A DNA stretch of 64,000 bases, taken from Polaribacter sp. (GTDB lineage Bacteria > Pseudomonadota > Gammaproteobacteria > Enterobacterales > Kangiellaceae). Location of the stretch: NCBI GenBank assembly GCA_047633355.1, contig JBLIBL010000003.1, positions 13,186-77,185 on the forward strand, read 5' to 3'. Below the pieces are notes generated by a model. The model saw nothing but the letters and a program-made list of their open reading frames with translations. It ran no database searches and was not told the DNA's origin. Position 1 is the first letter of the stretch. Every line of letters begins with the position of its first letter. Positions 11,112 through 20,386 of the stretch are shown in pieces. The translations under genes and the position numbers were made by a program.

Positions 11112-11808
11112 CTTGAATACTTACAAATTGATAACCGTTTCCTCTTAAGGTCTTAATTCGTTCTTGTTGATTAGCGGTTAACCCTAGTTTTTTTCTAAGA
11201 TGACTAATATGCATATCGATACTTCTATCAAAGGACTGAAGTCTTTTACCTAAGATTTTTTCACTGATTGTTTCCCTAGTTACATACTGACCTAAGCTTT
11301 CCATTAGTAGTTTGAGTAAATCAAATTCTGTAGATGTTAACTCGATTGAGATGTTTTTAACTTTCAACTCTCGACTATTGTTATTTAGTGAAACATCGTC
11401 AATGGTTAGAAATTTTTCTGTTAATATCGTCATATTAATTTGCACAGCTCGACGAACAATCGCCCTGATTCTAGCTGTCAACTCTCTAGGATCACAAGGT
11501 TTAGCAACATAATCATCGGCTCCCATCTCTAGTCCAACGATTCTATCGATTTTATCTCCTTTTGCAGTTAACATTAAAATAGGTAGGTTATTTTCTCGAC
11601 GTATTTCGCGTAAAGTATCAAAACCATTCTTAATCGGCATCATCACATCTAAAATCAATAGGTCGAGGGAGTTATTTTGGCAATAGTTAATTGCATTTTG
11701 TCCATTATGAACAAGATTAACCTTCATACCTTCTAGCTCTAGATAGACTTTCAATAGTTCACAGAGCTCAATATCATCATCTGCGATTAAAATATTAGTT
11801 TTTTTCAT
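11086..11808 (-). CDS. cpxR: OmpR-family response regulator, CpxR-like
   Basis: 240 aa that closely tracks E. coli CpxR (LDVMMPIKNGFDTL, GKRLQSFDRSIDMHISHLRKKL, KTLRGNGY). Confidence 0.8.
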   Translation of the reverse strand: MKKTNILIADDDIELCELLKVYLELEGMKVNLVHNGQNAINYCQNNSLDLLILDVMMPIKNGFDTLREIRRENNLPILMLTAKGDKIDRIVGLEMGADDYVAKPCDPRELTARIRAIVRRAVQINMTILTEKFLTIDDVSLNNNSRELKVKNISIELTSTEFDLLKLLMESLGQYVTRETISEKILGKRLQSFDRSIDMHISHLRKKLGLTANQQERIKTLRGNGYQFVSIQDAGARGSK

Positions 11809-11879
11809 GCTTTTATTATGAAACAGTTATAGTCAATTTACTAATTTAATTACTTAATAAACACCAATTGTTATCACTT

Positions 11880-11916
11880 TTTACACTACCTTTACAATTG
11901 AAACAAAGCACTTTAC
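11880..11916. promoter_or_regulatory. Candidate CpxR boxes in the cpxR/cpxP divergent region
   Basis: TTTAC pentamers (reverse complement GTAAA) at 11880, 11891 and 11912. A TATAAT hexamer lies at 11928-11933, upstream of cpxP. Confidence 0.35.
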
Positions 11917-12000
11917 ATATGACTGGATATAATCATTTCTCGCTTAGGAAGTAATAGAAATAGATTTCACTTCCTAAATTGGTATAACAAAAACGAGGAT

Positions 12001-12468
12001 ATGATTATGAATAGAAAGACAATATTAATTAGTATAACCGCCGGTTTATTTGCTATTGGTTCAATGGCAATAGCAAATCCCAATCACAAAATGCGTCATG
12101 GTGGATATGATAACCATGTAAGGCAAGCTCCTAACGCTAAAAATGTAATGAAACTTTTATCAAAACTTGATTTAAGTGATGAGCAAAGAGTTGAAATTAA
12201 AGCACTAATTCAAAATGGTATGGAGTCAACAAAAGCTCAACGAGAAACTCTCAAGTCCATGCATCATCAAATGAAAGCGCTAACGCAAGCGGAAGCGGTA
12301 GATGAAACAGGGATTAAGTCTTTAACCCTTGAAATGGCTAATCTAAAAAGTGATTTAATGATTGCTCGTCTAAATAAACATCATCAAATATCATCTCTTC
12401 TAAATGATGAACAAAAAGAAAAGATGGATAAAATGAAACAGCATAGGATAAAGAATAAGGGGCAATAG
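12001..12468 (+). CDS. cpxP: Periplasmic CpxP/Spy-family protein
   Basis: 155 aa with a signal peptide and two LTXXQ-type motifs (LSDEQ, LNDEQ). Divergent from cpxRA. Confidence 0.7.
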   Translation: MIMNRKTILISITAGLFAIGSMAIANPNHKMRHGGYDNHVRQAPNAKNVMKLLSKLDLSDEQRVEIKALIQNGMESTKAQRETLKSMHHQMKALTQAEAVDETGIKSLTLEMANLKSDLMIARLNKHHQISSLLNDEQKEKMDKMKQHRIKNKGQ

Positions 12469-12505
12469 TCTATTTCTCCCAAAACATCACACAATAAGTG
12501 AGTTA

Positions 12506-13588
12506 CTAAAGAATGGGCTCGATTGGTAATGCTTGATTGAGTCCTATTCCTTTCTCTATCAATTTAGAAAAATCTTCAGCTAGTCTTTCACTTTCTGAAA
12601 GCACTTTCTGCCAATACTTAATGCGTGTATCGGTATCTAGTTTTTCAAAATCAGACCGATCTGATATTTTTTGATAGGGTAGACTTTTTATGTGTGATTC
12701 AGATGGCGTGATCATCACAACATTATCAAAATTTTCCGCTTTAGCATGACGATACTTTAAGCCTTTATCAAACCAGCCTGTTTTTATAATTGGATGAAAG
12801 TGTGGATATAGAACCAAGCCTTTTTTAGGAAATGCCACATCAAAATGATAATCTATAATGCCACCATCTCGATAAATGCCTTTTCTTACACCTTCAATTT
12901 CACTAATACCTTTTAATACTAGTGGTATTGCCCCAGAAGCCAATAAAACTTCTTTAATATTATTGACGGTTAATCCCGCGTATTTTGTTTGACCTTTATC
13001 ATAATTAAAATGAGAATGGTCAAAACCTAAAAAGTCATTTTTTGTAAAAAAATTATAACGTTCAAAAAACCAAGGCAGTGTTTTTGCTGAAATAGCATTT
13101 AGTCCCGCAGAACTAATTAAGCCAGTAAGCTGCAACAATTTATTTTCAGACTTAGCAAAACCTTTTGCTCGTGCAACAATTAAGTGAGTTTGAATAACCG
13201 GGTTCTCTAAAATTTCCTTCGCGCCATCTTCACCTAAGAGCTTATTAACTAATATTCTTGCCTTTTGACTGATTTCTTCGACCGTTGGTTTCTGAGAATA
13301 AGTTTCATGGGAGTAATAGGTCGCTAGTCGCGTAATAGCTGCTACTGGCTCTTTTTGAGCGAAACATGCCATCCGCCACGCACCAGCAGAAGAACCTATT
13401 GTATAAAGTGGAGTTTCTCTATTTTTAAAAAACTCACCAAAAATATATTTATCTAAGCCAAATAAAGTAAACCATTTAGGACCACCAGAAGCCCCAGCCA
13501 TCATTTGAATTTGCTCCGCGCTTAATCCATTTTGTCTGATTTCTTTTAGTGCGGATTTACCCGCATAAACTGAGATTGATGAAGTCAT
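12506..13588 (-). CDS. Patatin-like phospholipase family protein
   Basis: 360 aa with GASGG (oxyanion region), GSSAG (GxSxG nucleophile) and a YRDGGIIDY (DG) motif. Confidence 0.65.
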   Translation of the reverse strand: MTSSISVYAGKSALKEIRQNGLSAEQIQMMAGASGGPKWFTLFGLDKYIFGEFFKNRETPLYTIGSSAGAWRMACFAQKEPVAAITRLATYYSHETYSQKPTVEEISQKARILVNKLLGEDGAKEILENPVIQTHLIVARAKGFAKSENKLLQLTGLISSAGLNAISAKTLPWFFERYNFFTKNDFLGFDHSHFNYDKGQTKYAGLTVNNIKEVLLASGAIPLVLKGISEIEGVRKGIYRDGGIIDYHFDVAFPKKGLVLYPHFHPIIKTGWFDKGLKYRHAKAENFDNVVMITPSESHIKSLPYQKISDRSDFEKLDTDTRIKYWQKVLSESERLAEDFSKLIEKGIGLNQALPIEPIL

Positions 13589-13729
13589 GTTAAGAAGCTT
13601 TGTTGGTTTTATTTCAAATTAATATCGCTATTATCTCTTATCCTATTCTAGTTATAAAGTACCTAGTTAAAAAGTACCTTCTTAGGTAGAATAGCCATCG
13701 ATTAATAGATACCCCTTAAGGCAACTAGC

Positions 13730-14191
13730 GTGAATGATAAACATCAACAAAGAGTGACAAAGCTAGCTGAAATATTCAGTCACAGTGTGCCTTTTCATAA
13801 AGTTATTGGATTTGAATTTGAAAAACTTGACGAAGAAAGCTGCCAAATCAAATTTGATAATAAACCAGAATTAATTGGTAATTTTGTACAAAATATTTTA
13901 CATGGCGGTGTGACTGCCACTGCGCTTGACGTGGTAGGTGGCGCTATGGCGGCAGTTGGCATGATGGCAAAGTATCCAGATGCCGATGAAAAAGAATTAG
14001 GACAACGATTGGCTAGAATTGGAACCATTGACCTTCGAGTCGATTATGTTCGCCCAGGTAAAGGAGAATCCTTTTACGCTAAGGCTCGTTTATTGCGAAG
14101 CGGAAGTAAAGTGGCTGTAGTCAGAATGGAGCTACATAATGAAAAAGACACTTTAATTGCTCTTGGTACTGGCACTTACATGATGGGCTAA
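13730..14191 (+). CDS. yigI: PaaI/YigI-type hotdog-fold acyl-CoA thioesterase
   Basis: 153 aa with NILHGGVTATALD, as in the PaaI family. Adjacent to rarD as in E. coli. Confidence 0.7.
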   Translation: MNDKHQQRVTKLAEIFSHSVPFHKVIGFEFEKLDEESCQIKFDNKPELIGNFVQNILHGGVTATALDVVGGAMAAVGMMAKYPDADEKELGQRLARIGTIDLRVDYVRPGKGESFYAKARLLRSGSKVAVVRMELHNEKDTLIALGTGTYMMG

Positions 14192-14231
14192 CAATCTCTT
14201 TACAGACTCAATTAAAATAAAGATTAACATT

Positions 14232-15119
14232 ATGAAAGATCAATCAACAACTTCAGGTTGGCTATTTGGCCTTGGCGCATTTATATGGTGGGGAATTGCG
14301 CCAATTTACTTTAAGTTGATCACTCATGTAGGTGCGATTGAAATATTGGCGCATCGAGTCCTTTGGTGTGTTCCCGTAACTCTGTTGCTGATGGCATTGA
14401 TAAAAAAACGAATTGCGATACTGAATATTATTAAAACGCCGCGATTGATTATTGGTTTGACTATTAGCACCCTGCTGATATCTATTAACTGGCTTATTTT
14501 CACATGGGCAGTGACCAATGAACAAATTTTGGCAACCAGTCTTGGTTATTTCATTAACCCGATTATGTCGATTGTTATGGGAGTTATTCTTTTAGGAGAA
14601 CGCCTTGATAAAATGCAATGGATAGCCGTTGTCTTTGTAATTTTTGGTGTTGCAAATCAAATCTTTAATTTTGGTGAGTTCCCTTGGATTGCTTTAAGTT
14701 TAGCGACTAGTTTTGCAATTTATGGATACATAAAAAAACAATTACATGTTGATTCACTAAATGGCTTCTTGGTCGAAACTTTAATCGCATTACCGATTGC
14801 ACTAGGCTATATCCTTTGGAGTTTATCTGAGCCTGAAACCCAATTTATCAATGCCGGAATTGAGTCTGACCTGTTATTGATGGCTGGAGGGATCATTACA
14901 GCAGTGCCCTTGATCCTATTTGTAATAGCCACAAAAAAAATCCCATTAAGTGGGATAGGTTTTTTACAATTCTTAGCACCATCAATTAGCTTTATAATTG
15001 CTACTCAACTTTATGATGAGCCCTTAAGTGATGCGCAGCTTTTGAGTTTTGTATTGATATGGGGTGGATTAGGCTTATATCTGATAAAGCCTATCCGCTC
15101 GTTTATTAAAACTAGTTAA
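14232..15119 (+). CDS. rarD: EamA/DMT-family transporter RarD
   Basis: 295 aa with ~10 TM helices. N-terminal WWGIAPIYFK is typical of RarD. Confidence 0.75.
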   Translation: MKDQSTTSGWLFGLGAFIWWGIAPIYFKLITHVGAIEILAHRVLWCVPVTLLLMALIKKRIAILNIIKTPRLIIGLTISTLLISINWLIFTWAVTNEQILATSLGYFINPIMSIVMGVILLGERLDKMQWIAVVFVIFGVANQIFNFGEFPWIALSLATSFAIYGYIKKQLHVDSLNGFLVETLIALPIALGYILWSLSEPETQFINAGIESDLLLMAGGIITAVPLILFVIATKKIPLSGIGFLQFLAPSISFIIATQLYDEPLSDAQLLSFVLIWGGLGLYLIKPIRSFIKTS

Positions 15120-15960
15120 CGATACGCGTACCAAACTCACCAGTACCGTTGGCAATTGCCATAAACGCACCTAGGTTTTTTCCACTCACAATGGCAATTG
15201 TTTCAACACCCTCAGATAGTAATGTCATAGCTTCTTCAACTTTAGGAATCATTCCACCTTGAATGACACCTTGATCAATTAAAGCATTTGCTTCTCCTCT
15301 ATTGACTTGGCTAATTCGGCTCTCAGGATCTGAAAGTTGTTTAAAAACACCGCCAACCTGGGTTGTCAAAAGTAGTAGTTTAGCTTTTAGTGATTTGGCA
15401 ATTTGAACAACCGTTGTGTCGGCATTGATATTAAATATCTCTCCATTATCTGAAACACCTAAAGTCGCAATTACTGGAATAATATCTAAATCTAACAATC
15501 CATTTAATAGTTCGCAATTAATCTCTTTCACATCACCCACTTCACCAAAATCGATTGGCAAATCGCCCCCACCAGTAATTTTGACGGGGGGTCTTTTGTT
15601 CGCTTTAATCAAACTTCCAGACGCGCCATGACAGCCAAATGCTGGCAAACCAACAGTTATGAGTTCTGCAACTAGGTTAACGTTTACTTCTCCCGCAATA
15701 GCCTGTTTAACAACTAAAAGATCCTGCTTTGATGTAATTCGTCGCCCTGCAACTTTGTTTGCCACCAAACCATAGTGCTCCTGCAAACGATTGACTTGAG
15801 GACCTCCACCATGCAAAACAACAATTGACCAACCATGCTCTCTAAGATCTTTAATATTGTTTGCAAGTCCGCTTGACTCATCTTTATCTAAAAGAACATC
15901 TCCGCCGACTTTTATGACGGCTATTTTATTTTTATTGCTAATAATACTCATATTGACCAT
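15112..15960 (-). CDS. argB: Acetylglutamate kinase
   Basis: 282 aa of the amino-acid kinase family (IKVGG, VLHGGGPQV, NINADT, GGMIPKV). Its 3' end overlaps rarD convergently by 8 nt. Confidence 0.8.
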   Translation of the reverse strand: MVNMSIISNKNKIAVIKVGGDVLLDKDESSGLANNIKDLREHGWSIVVLHGGGPQVNRLQEHYGLVANKVAGRRITSKQDLLVVKQAIAGEVNVNLVAELITVGLPAFGCHGASGSLIKANKRPPVKITGGGDLPIDFGEVGDVKEINCELLNGLLDLDIIPVIATLGVSDNGEIFNINADTTVVQIAKSLKAKLLLLTTQVGGVFKQLSDPESRISQVNRGEANALIDQGVIQGGMIPKVEEAMTLLSEGVETIAIVSGKNLGAFMAIANGTGEFGTRIVN

Positions 15961-16117
15961 TTTATTGTTTCAGTTAGTTAAATTATGACATAACTTTTTC
16001 AGCTCATCACTTATAACAATTTTCAGTGCTTGTTCAAGAGATTGATCATGTGCATTAATAACCATCGATAGTAGACATTCAACACTGCAATATTATCCGC
16101 TAAATGACATTGAAATC

Positions 16118-17941
16118 CTATTTAACTAATGGTCGATGGCTAATTATTTTAAAGATTGCTTTCATTGCCGGATCTTCTCCCGAAAAATATTTTTCTGAAG
16201 ATAAGCTAACAGGAACGTGTGGAGGTACCCAAATCCGATGGTCTTCGGCTTTCGAAGCTTGGTGGAATTGTGAAGAAATAATACCCCATGTGCCACTGTA
16301 TGGGAGTTTAAACCAACCTGCTTCACTGAGTGCATTTGGTCTGGAACCACTAGGCTCACCGACTAAGATAGCATTAGTAAGTCGATTGATATCCAGTAAT
16401 AAGTTATGTGCAGCTGAAAAAGTATTTCTGCCAATAATAACAAATAATTTACCATTGGGTCTTAATGTTTCAAATTGAACTAGTGTCTTTAAAATCGGAG
16501 GATAAGTACTTCCATCCCCACCAGCATTATGCCGTATATCTAAAATAATGTTTTTGACATTAAGCTGGGAAATTTTTTCTCTGAGATCTATGTTGAAATC
16601 TTTAAAAGAGTGCGAAGGTTTGTCGTGCACATAGTTGTATTGAATATATAAAGAAGCGTTATTAGGCAAATACCGATACCAATATTGCTCTTTGATTCGT
16701 AGGTTGTGGTTTGCAACACTATTGGCTAATGCTGGCAGTTTAGGAAAACCATTGAATTGCATTGCCTTCAATTTAGGCTTTATCACCCGTTGCCCACCCA
16801 TAGTGTCCTCTATGGTGAGGGAAATATTTTCAGCATCGTTAACTATATTTAATCCTTTTAATACTGAGGGTAAACTCAAATAGTGTGGACCTAACCAAAG
16901 CTGTTGCATTTCATTATCTCTAGCATTAATTATTTGAGTTTTAGACAATGCTTCAGCTACATCCGTTTTTCCAAAAGCGACAACTTTACTTCCGATAAGC
17001 TGTTTATACTGCTGGTCCGCACCTACAATAAAAAGACCGTCACTAAACTTATAAAATTGTAATGGTAATTGATTAAAAGAGCCTCTATCAGAGTAGGTGG
17101 GAACAATGAAATTATGCCCATTACCCATGGCAGCAACCAATTTCATAAATCCAAATACGATCTCACGATCTGAAAGAGAAGGGATTTTATCGCTGATACT
17201 GGCCACCATTTGTTCAAATACTTTCTTGTTAACAGAATGATAAATATCGACATGAAGACGCTTTATTTCTGAAACCAGAAAGTTGAGGTCGAATTGCCAT
17301 GACTGAGCTCTAGATAAATTATTAGGAAGAAAACTACCTGAGGCTTCTTGAAATTCTTTCGAGTCAGCAATTTGTTTAAAGTGAGAATTGCCAATTAAAT
17401 TTTTTCTTCCATCGTAACGCGCTTCTAAGGATTTGTTGATCCAGGTAATCGCATTAGACACTTGTCCAAGCTCGGAATAGGCTTCAGCAATATTGATCAT
17501 AATATCATTCGATGGGGCCGAACCTGTGGGAATATTGGAAAGAATGGTGCCCAAAATCAAAGTTCTTTTAAACGCATTAATTGATTTTTCCCATTGCCCC
17601 AATTGAAAATAGGTCAGTCCGAGCATGTACCAGGTATCTCCGTCATCTGGGTATTGACTGGTCAAAGACTCAATAATAGGTCTGGCTGCCAGCCAATTCT
17701 CTTGTCGCACCAGTTTGAGCGCCTTTACTCGGCTTGCATAATAAACCGCTGGCGTCTCTACTTCATTACTGGTGGAAGGGTGGCCGATAGCACTGTTTGT
17801 CATTTCTGACGCTTTGTTTTCTGCATCAGTATTTGGAGATGCTAGGCTAAGGAGCACTACTATGGTTGTCATAATAATGGGCAAACGAATGTTCATGTTT
17901 TTATCTAGCGGCATATAAATTTCCTTAAAGGATGTGATCAT
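16118..17941 (-). CDS. Exported TPR-repeat / S41-family peptidase-like protein
   Basis: 607 aa with a signal-like N-terminus and TPR-like repeats (WYMLGLTYFQLGQWEKSINAFK). The C-terminal ILDIRHNAGGDG and GRNTFSAAH resemble S41 catalytic regions. The true start is probably the internal MNIRLP.... Confidence 0.6.
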   Translation of the reverse strand: MITSFKEIYMPLDKNMNIRLPIIMTTIVVLLSLASPNTDAENKASEMTNSAIGHPSTSNEVETPAVYYASRVKALKLVRQENWLAARPIIESLTSQYPDDGDTWYMLGLTYFQLGQWEKSINAFKRTLILGTILSNIPTGSAPSNDIMINIAEAYSELGQVSNAITWINKSLEARYDGRKNLIGNSHFKQIADSKEFQEASGSFLPNNLSRAQSWQFDLNFLVSEIKRLHVDIYHSVNKKVFEQMVASISDKIPSLSDREIVFGFMKLVAAMGNGHNFIVPTYSDRGSFNQLPLQFYKFSDGLFIVGADQQYKQLIGSKVVAFGKTDVAEALSKTQIINARDNEMQQLWLGPHYLSLPSVLKGLNIVNDAENISLTIEDTMGGQRVIKPKLKAMQFNGFPKLPALANSVANHNLRIKEQYWYRYLPNNASLYIQYNYVHDKPSHSFKDFNIDLREKISQLNVKNIILDIRHNAGGDGSTYPPILKTLVQFETLRPNGKLFVIIGRNTFSAAHNLLLDINRLTNAILVGEPSGSRPNALSEAGWFKLPYSGTWGIISSQFHQASKAEDHRIWVPPHVPVSLSSEKYFSGEDPAMKAIFKIISHRPLVK

Positions 17942-18030
17942 AGACTAACAATATAAAGGCATTTGACGTAACGTTCGTCCGAATTTAGGATTTGGGACGT
18001 GTGAAATCCTGATTTCGGTCTCTTTAGCCA

Positions 18031-19149
18031 TTACTGTCTATTGTTGTTGCGCAAGAATTGAGTCGGAGTCATATCTAATTCTCGCTTGAAAGCATTATTG
18101 AAAGTCGATTTGGAATTAAACCCAGATTCTAAGGCTAAATCCAACAGTTTTGTTCCTTTTGGAAGACCAGCTAAGATTTTATGCTTCATATCTTTAACCC
18201 TAAGGGCATTAATATATTCGCAAAAGTTCTGTTTCGAGCTAAGGTTAATGGCCCATGAAATATCTTTCACATTGAGCCCTGTTTCATTTGCAATATCGGT
18301 GATAGCTAATCGATGCTGCTTAAATAACTCTTTTTGAAGTATTATATTCTCAATATTATTACAAAGTGCTGTAGCTGTAGGAAGGTCAGGTCGTTTATCT
18401 TCTAACGTCGATGGTTGTTCTAATTGTTTATACAAGGTCATCTCATTGAACAACTGAGGCTTGCTGATAACTTTGAAAAGTAAGTACATGGAAATACAGA
18501 GAAATACTAAAACATCGATAAAATACCATACCGCTTTTAGGTCGGCGGGGTTGTGTTTTTGCATATTCAAACGAATAAGATCAATAATAATGATAATGGT
18601 AAAAATTACTAATGCCTTAACAACCCAAGTTAGTTTCATTGAGTCTGCATCTGAGCGGACAGCCATGGAGGTAACATGATAGCGATGCAGTAATCGAAAT
18701 GATGCTACTAAATAAAAAATCTGACTGATCGTACCTAATATTATTACCCGCTGAGTAAAGTCAGTAAAGGGAAGAGCCACTAACATGGGGAGCAGGTGAG
18801 TACATTTTTTAGCAAAAGAAAATTCTTTTACATTCACCAATGACCGAATAAAAAAATACAATAGAGGTCCAATCATTAAAGTAAAAACAGGAGTAATGAG
18901 GTGAAATGTGTTGGTGATTTTTGTTTCTTCGAAAAAATCCATCAGCATAAGAATAGATTGATAGATAAAGAAAACAGCTAAACTGCGATAAATTTTATTA
19001 TTCCATATCAAGAGAGCACCAAAGCTTGTCAGGGTAGCAAAAACAATTTGCAGTAAGTTAATTGGTAGTATTTCGATATATTGTAAGAACATAAGGTTAG
19101 GGGGCGCGATATTAGAACAAGAGAGACATGTAACCACAAATGCTGCCAT
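18031..19149 (-). CDS. Membrane-anchored AraC-family transcriptional regulator
   Basis: 372 aa with ~6 N-terminal TM helices and a C-terminal AraC HTH (ITDIANETGL...GFNSKSTFNNAFKR). Confidence 0.75.
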   Translation of the reverse strand: MAAFVVTCLSCSNIAPPNLMFLQYIEILPINLLQIVFATLTSFGALLIWNNKIYRSLAVFFIYQSILMLMDFFEETKITNTFHLITPVFTLMIGPLLYFFIRSLVNVKEFSFAKKCTHLLPMLVALPFTDFTQRVIILGTISQIFYLVASFRLLHRYHVTSMAVRSDADSMKLTWVVKALVIFTIIIIIDLIRLNMQKHNPADLKAVWYFIDVLVFLCISMYLLFKVISKPQLFNEMTLYKQLEQPSTLEDKRPDLPTATALCNNIENIILQKELFKQHRLAITDIANETGLNVKDISWAINLSSKQNFCEYINALRVKDMKHKILAGLPKGTKLLDLALESGFNSKSTFNNAFKRELDMTPTQFLRNNNRQ

Positions 19150-19293
19150 CTAATTTCATATTTAAGTTAGATGACAGCTAATATAAATTAGCTTAAGAAA
19201 CTAGACAGGTATTGCTAGTTAGATTATTTTAGTGAGAATATTAACTAACATTTAATCAGGCTAAGCCTTAAAGCTATAGCTTCAAAATCCTTT

Positions 19294-20352
19294 CTAAGGC
19301 CACAAGCCAGGATTATCTAGTCCAAAGTGTGCTTCCTTCCCAGTCATTAAATTAAAGCTCTGAACCGCTTGACCAGCGCCACCTTTAATTAAATTATCAA
19401 TGGCGGATGTGATACACAATGTTCGCTTGCCTGTTTCTTCATCAACTCTTGTTTCAATGCTGATTTCTACTCTAGCTGTTCCCGTTACAGCAACTACTTC
19501 TGCTGCTGTGCCTTTTGGTCGCACATTGGTTAACAGGTGGTCCGCGTAATAATTTTCATACAGGGATTGAATGCTATCTTGATCTTGTCCTTCTGCTAAA
19601 TCTAACTGAGAGACAGATAAAATACCTCTGACTAATGGAGCTGAAACGGGCACAAAATCGAGCGAGATGTTTTTTGCTCCCGCTTTAGAAACGGTTTGGA
19701 CGATCTCAGCTCTATGTTGATGATGTAGTGCTTTGTAAGCTTTTAAATTATTAACTCGAATTGCATGATGAGTTCCAGCTATTGGCTTAACGCCCGAACC
19801 TGATGAACCTGTCATTGCAACGGTTCTAATGTTGGTATTTGATAACAATCCTGCATCGGCTAACGGTAATAAGCCCATCGCAATTCCTGTTGCAAAACAA
19901 CCTGGACTTGCTATATGCTTTGCCGTTTTTATTGCTTCGCTGTTTAGCTCTGGCATACCATAAACGAAAGTACCTAATCGATCAGCGCAAGGATGTTCTG
20001 GTGCATAATCTCGAATGTAATCAGTTAGTTTCTCTAGTCTAAAGTCACCTGAGAGGTCAATGATTTTTACGTCAATATCAAATAATTCCATAGCAACTTT
20101 CGCCGTAATAATATGTGGCATAGCAAGGAATACGATATCTGCATCTTTAACACATTCTTGTGGTGAGATATCTTGCATTTTGAGATCATCATAGCCAGGT
20201 AAATTTCTATGTACCTGACTTACTGATTGACCTATAAAATCTTTACTAGAGACTCTTAAAACCTCAACATCATCCCTTACTAACATATGGCGTAATATTT
20301 CTGCCGCGCCATATCCTGCTCCACCGATGATTGATACTTTTATTTTACTCAT
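19294..20352 (-). CDS. argC: N-acetyl-gamma-glutamyl-phosphate reductase
   Basis: 352 aa with IIGGAGYGAAE (NAD binding), catalytic-Cys context ASPGCFATG, HQHRAEI and DNLIKGGAGQAVQ. Confidence 0.8.
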   Translation of the reverse strand: MSKIKVSIIGGAGYGAAEILRHMLVRDDVEVLRVSSKDFIGQSVSQVHRNLPGYDDLKMQDISPQECVKDADIVFLAMPHIITAKVAMELFDIDVKIIDLSGDFRLEKLTDYIRDYAPEHPCADRLGTFVYGMPELNSEAIKTAKHIASPGCFATGIAMGLLPLADAGLLSNTNIRTVAMTGSSGSGVKPIAGTHHAIRVNNLKAYKALHHQHRAEIVQTVSKAGAKNISLDFVPVSAPLVRGILSVSQLDLAEGQDQDSIQSLYENYYADHLLTNVRPKGTAAEVVAVTGTARVEISIETRVDEETGKRTLCITSAIDNLIKGGAGQAVQSFNLMTGKEAHFGLDNPGLWP

Positions 20353-20386
20353 TTTATAGCCTCTTTCTATTTTACAAAAACCTAGT

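Noticed and set aside
12506-13588. Patatin-like phospholipase as a CBASS CapV-type defence effector
   Set aside because: No cyclase, Cap2/Cap3 or other defence gene is adjacent. The oxyanion region is GASGG rather than the DGGGxRG typical of CapV. The neighbours are conserved housekeeping genes.
16104-16478. 124-aa plus-strand ORF and other small ORFs overlapping the S41-like peptidase gene
   Set aside because: They overlap a 607-aa ORF with recognisable domains on the other strand and have low-complexity, non-protein-like sequence.
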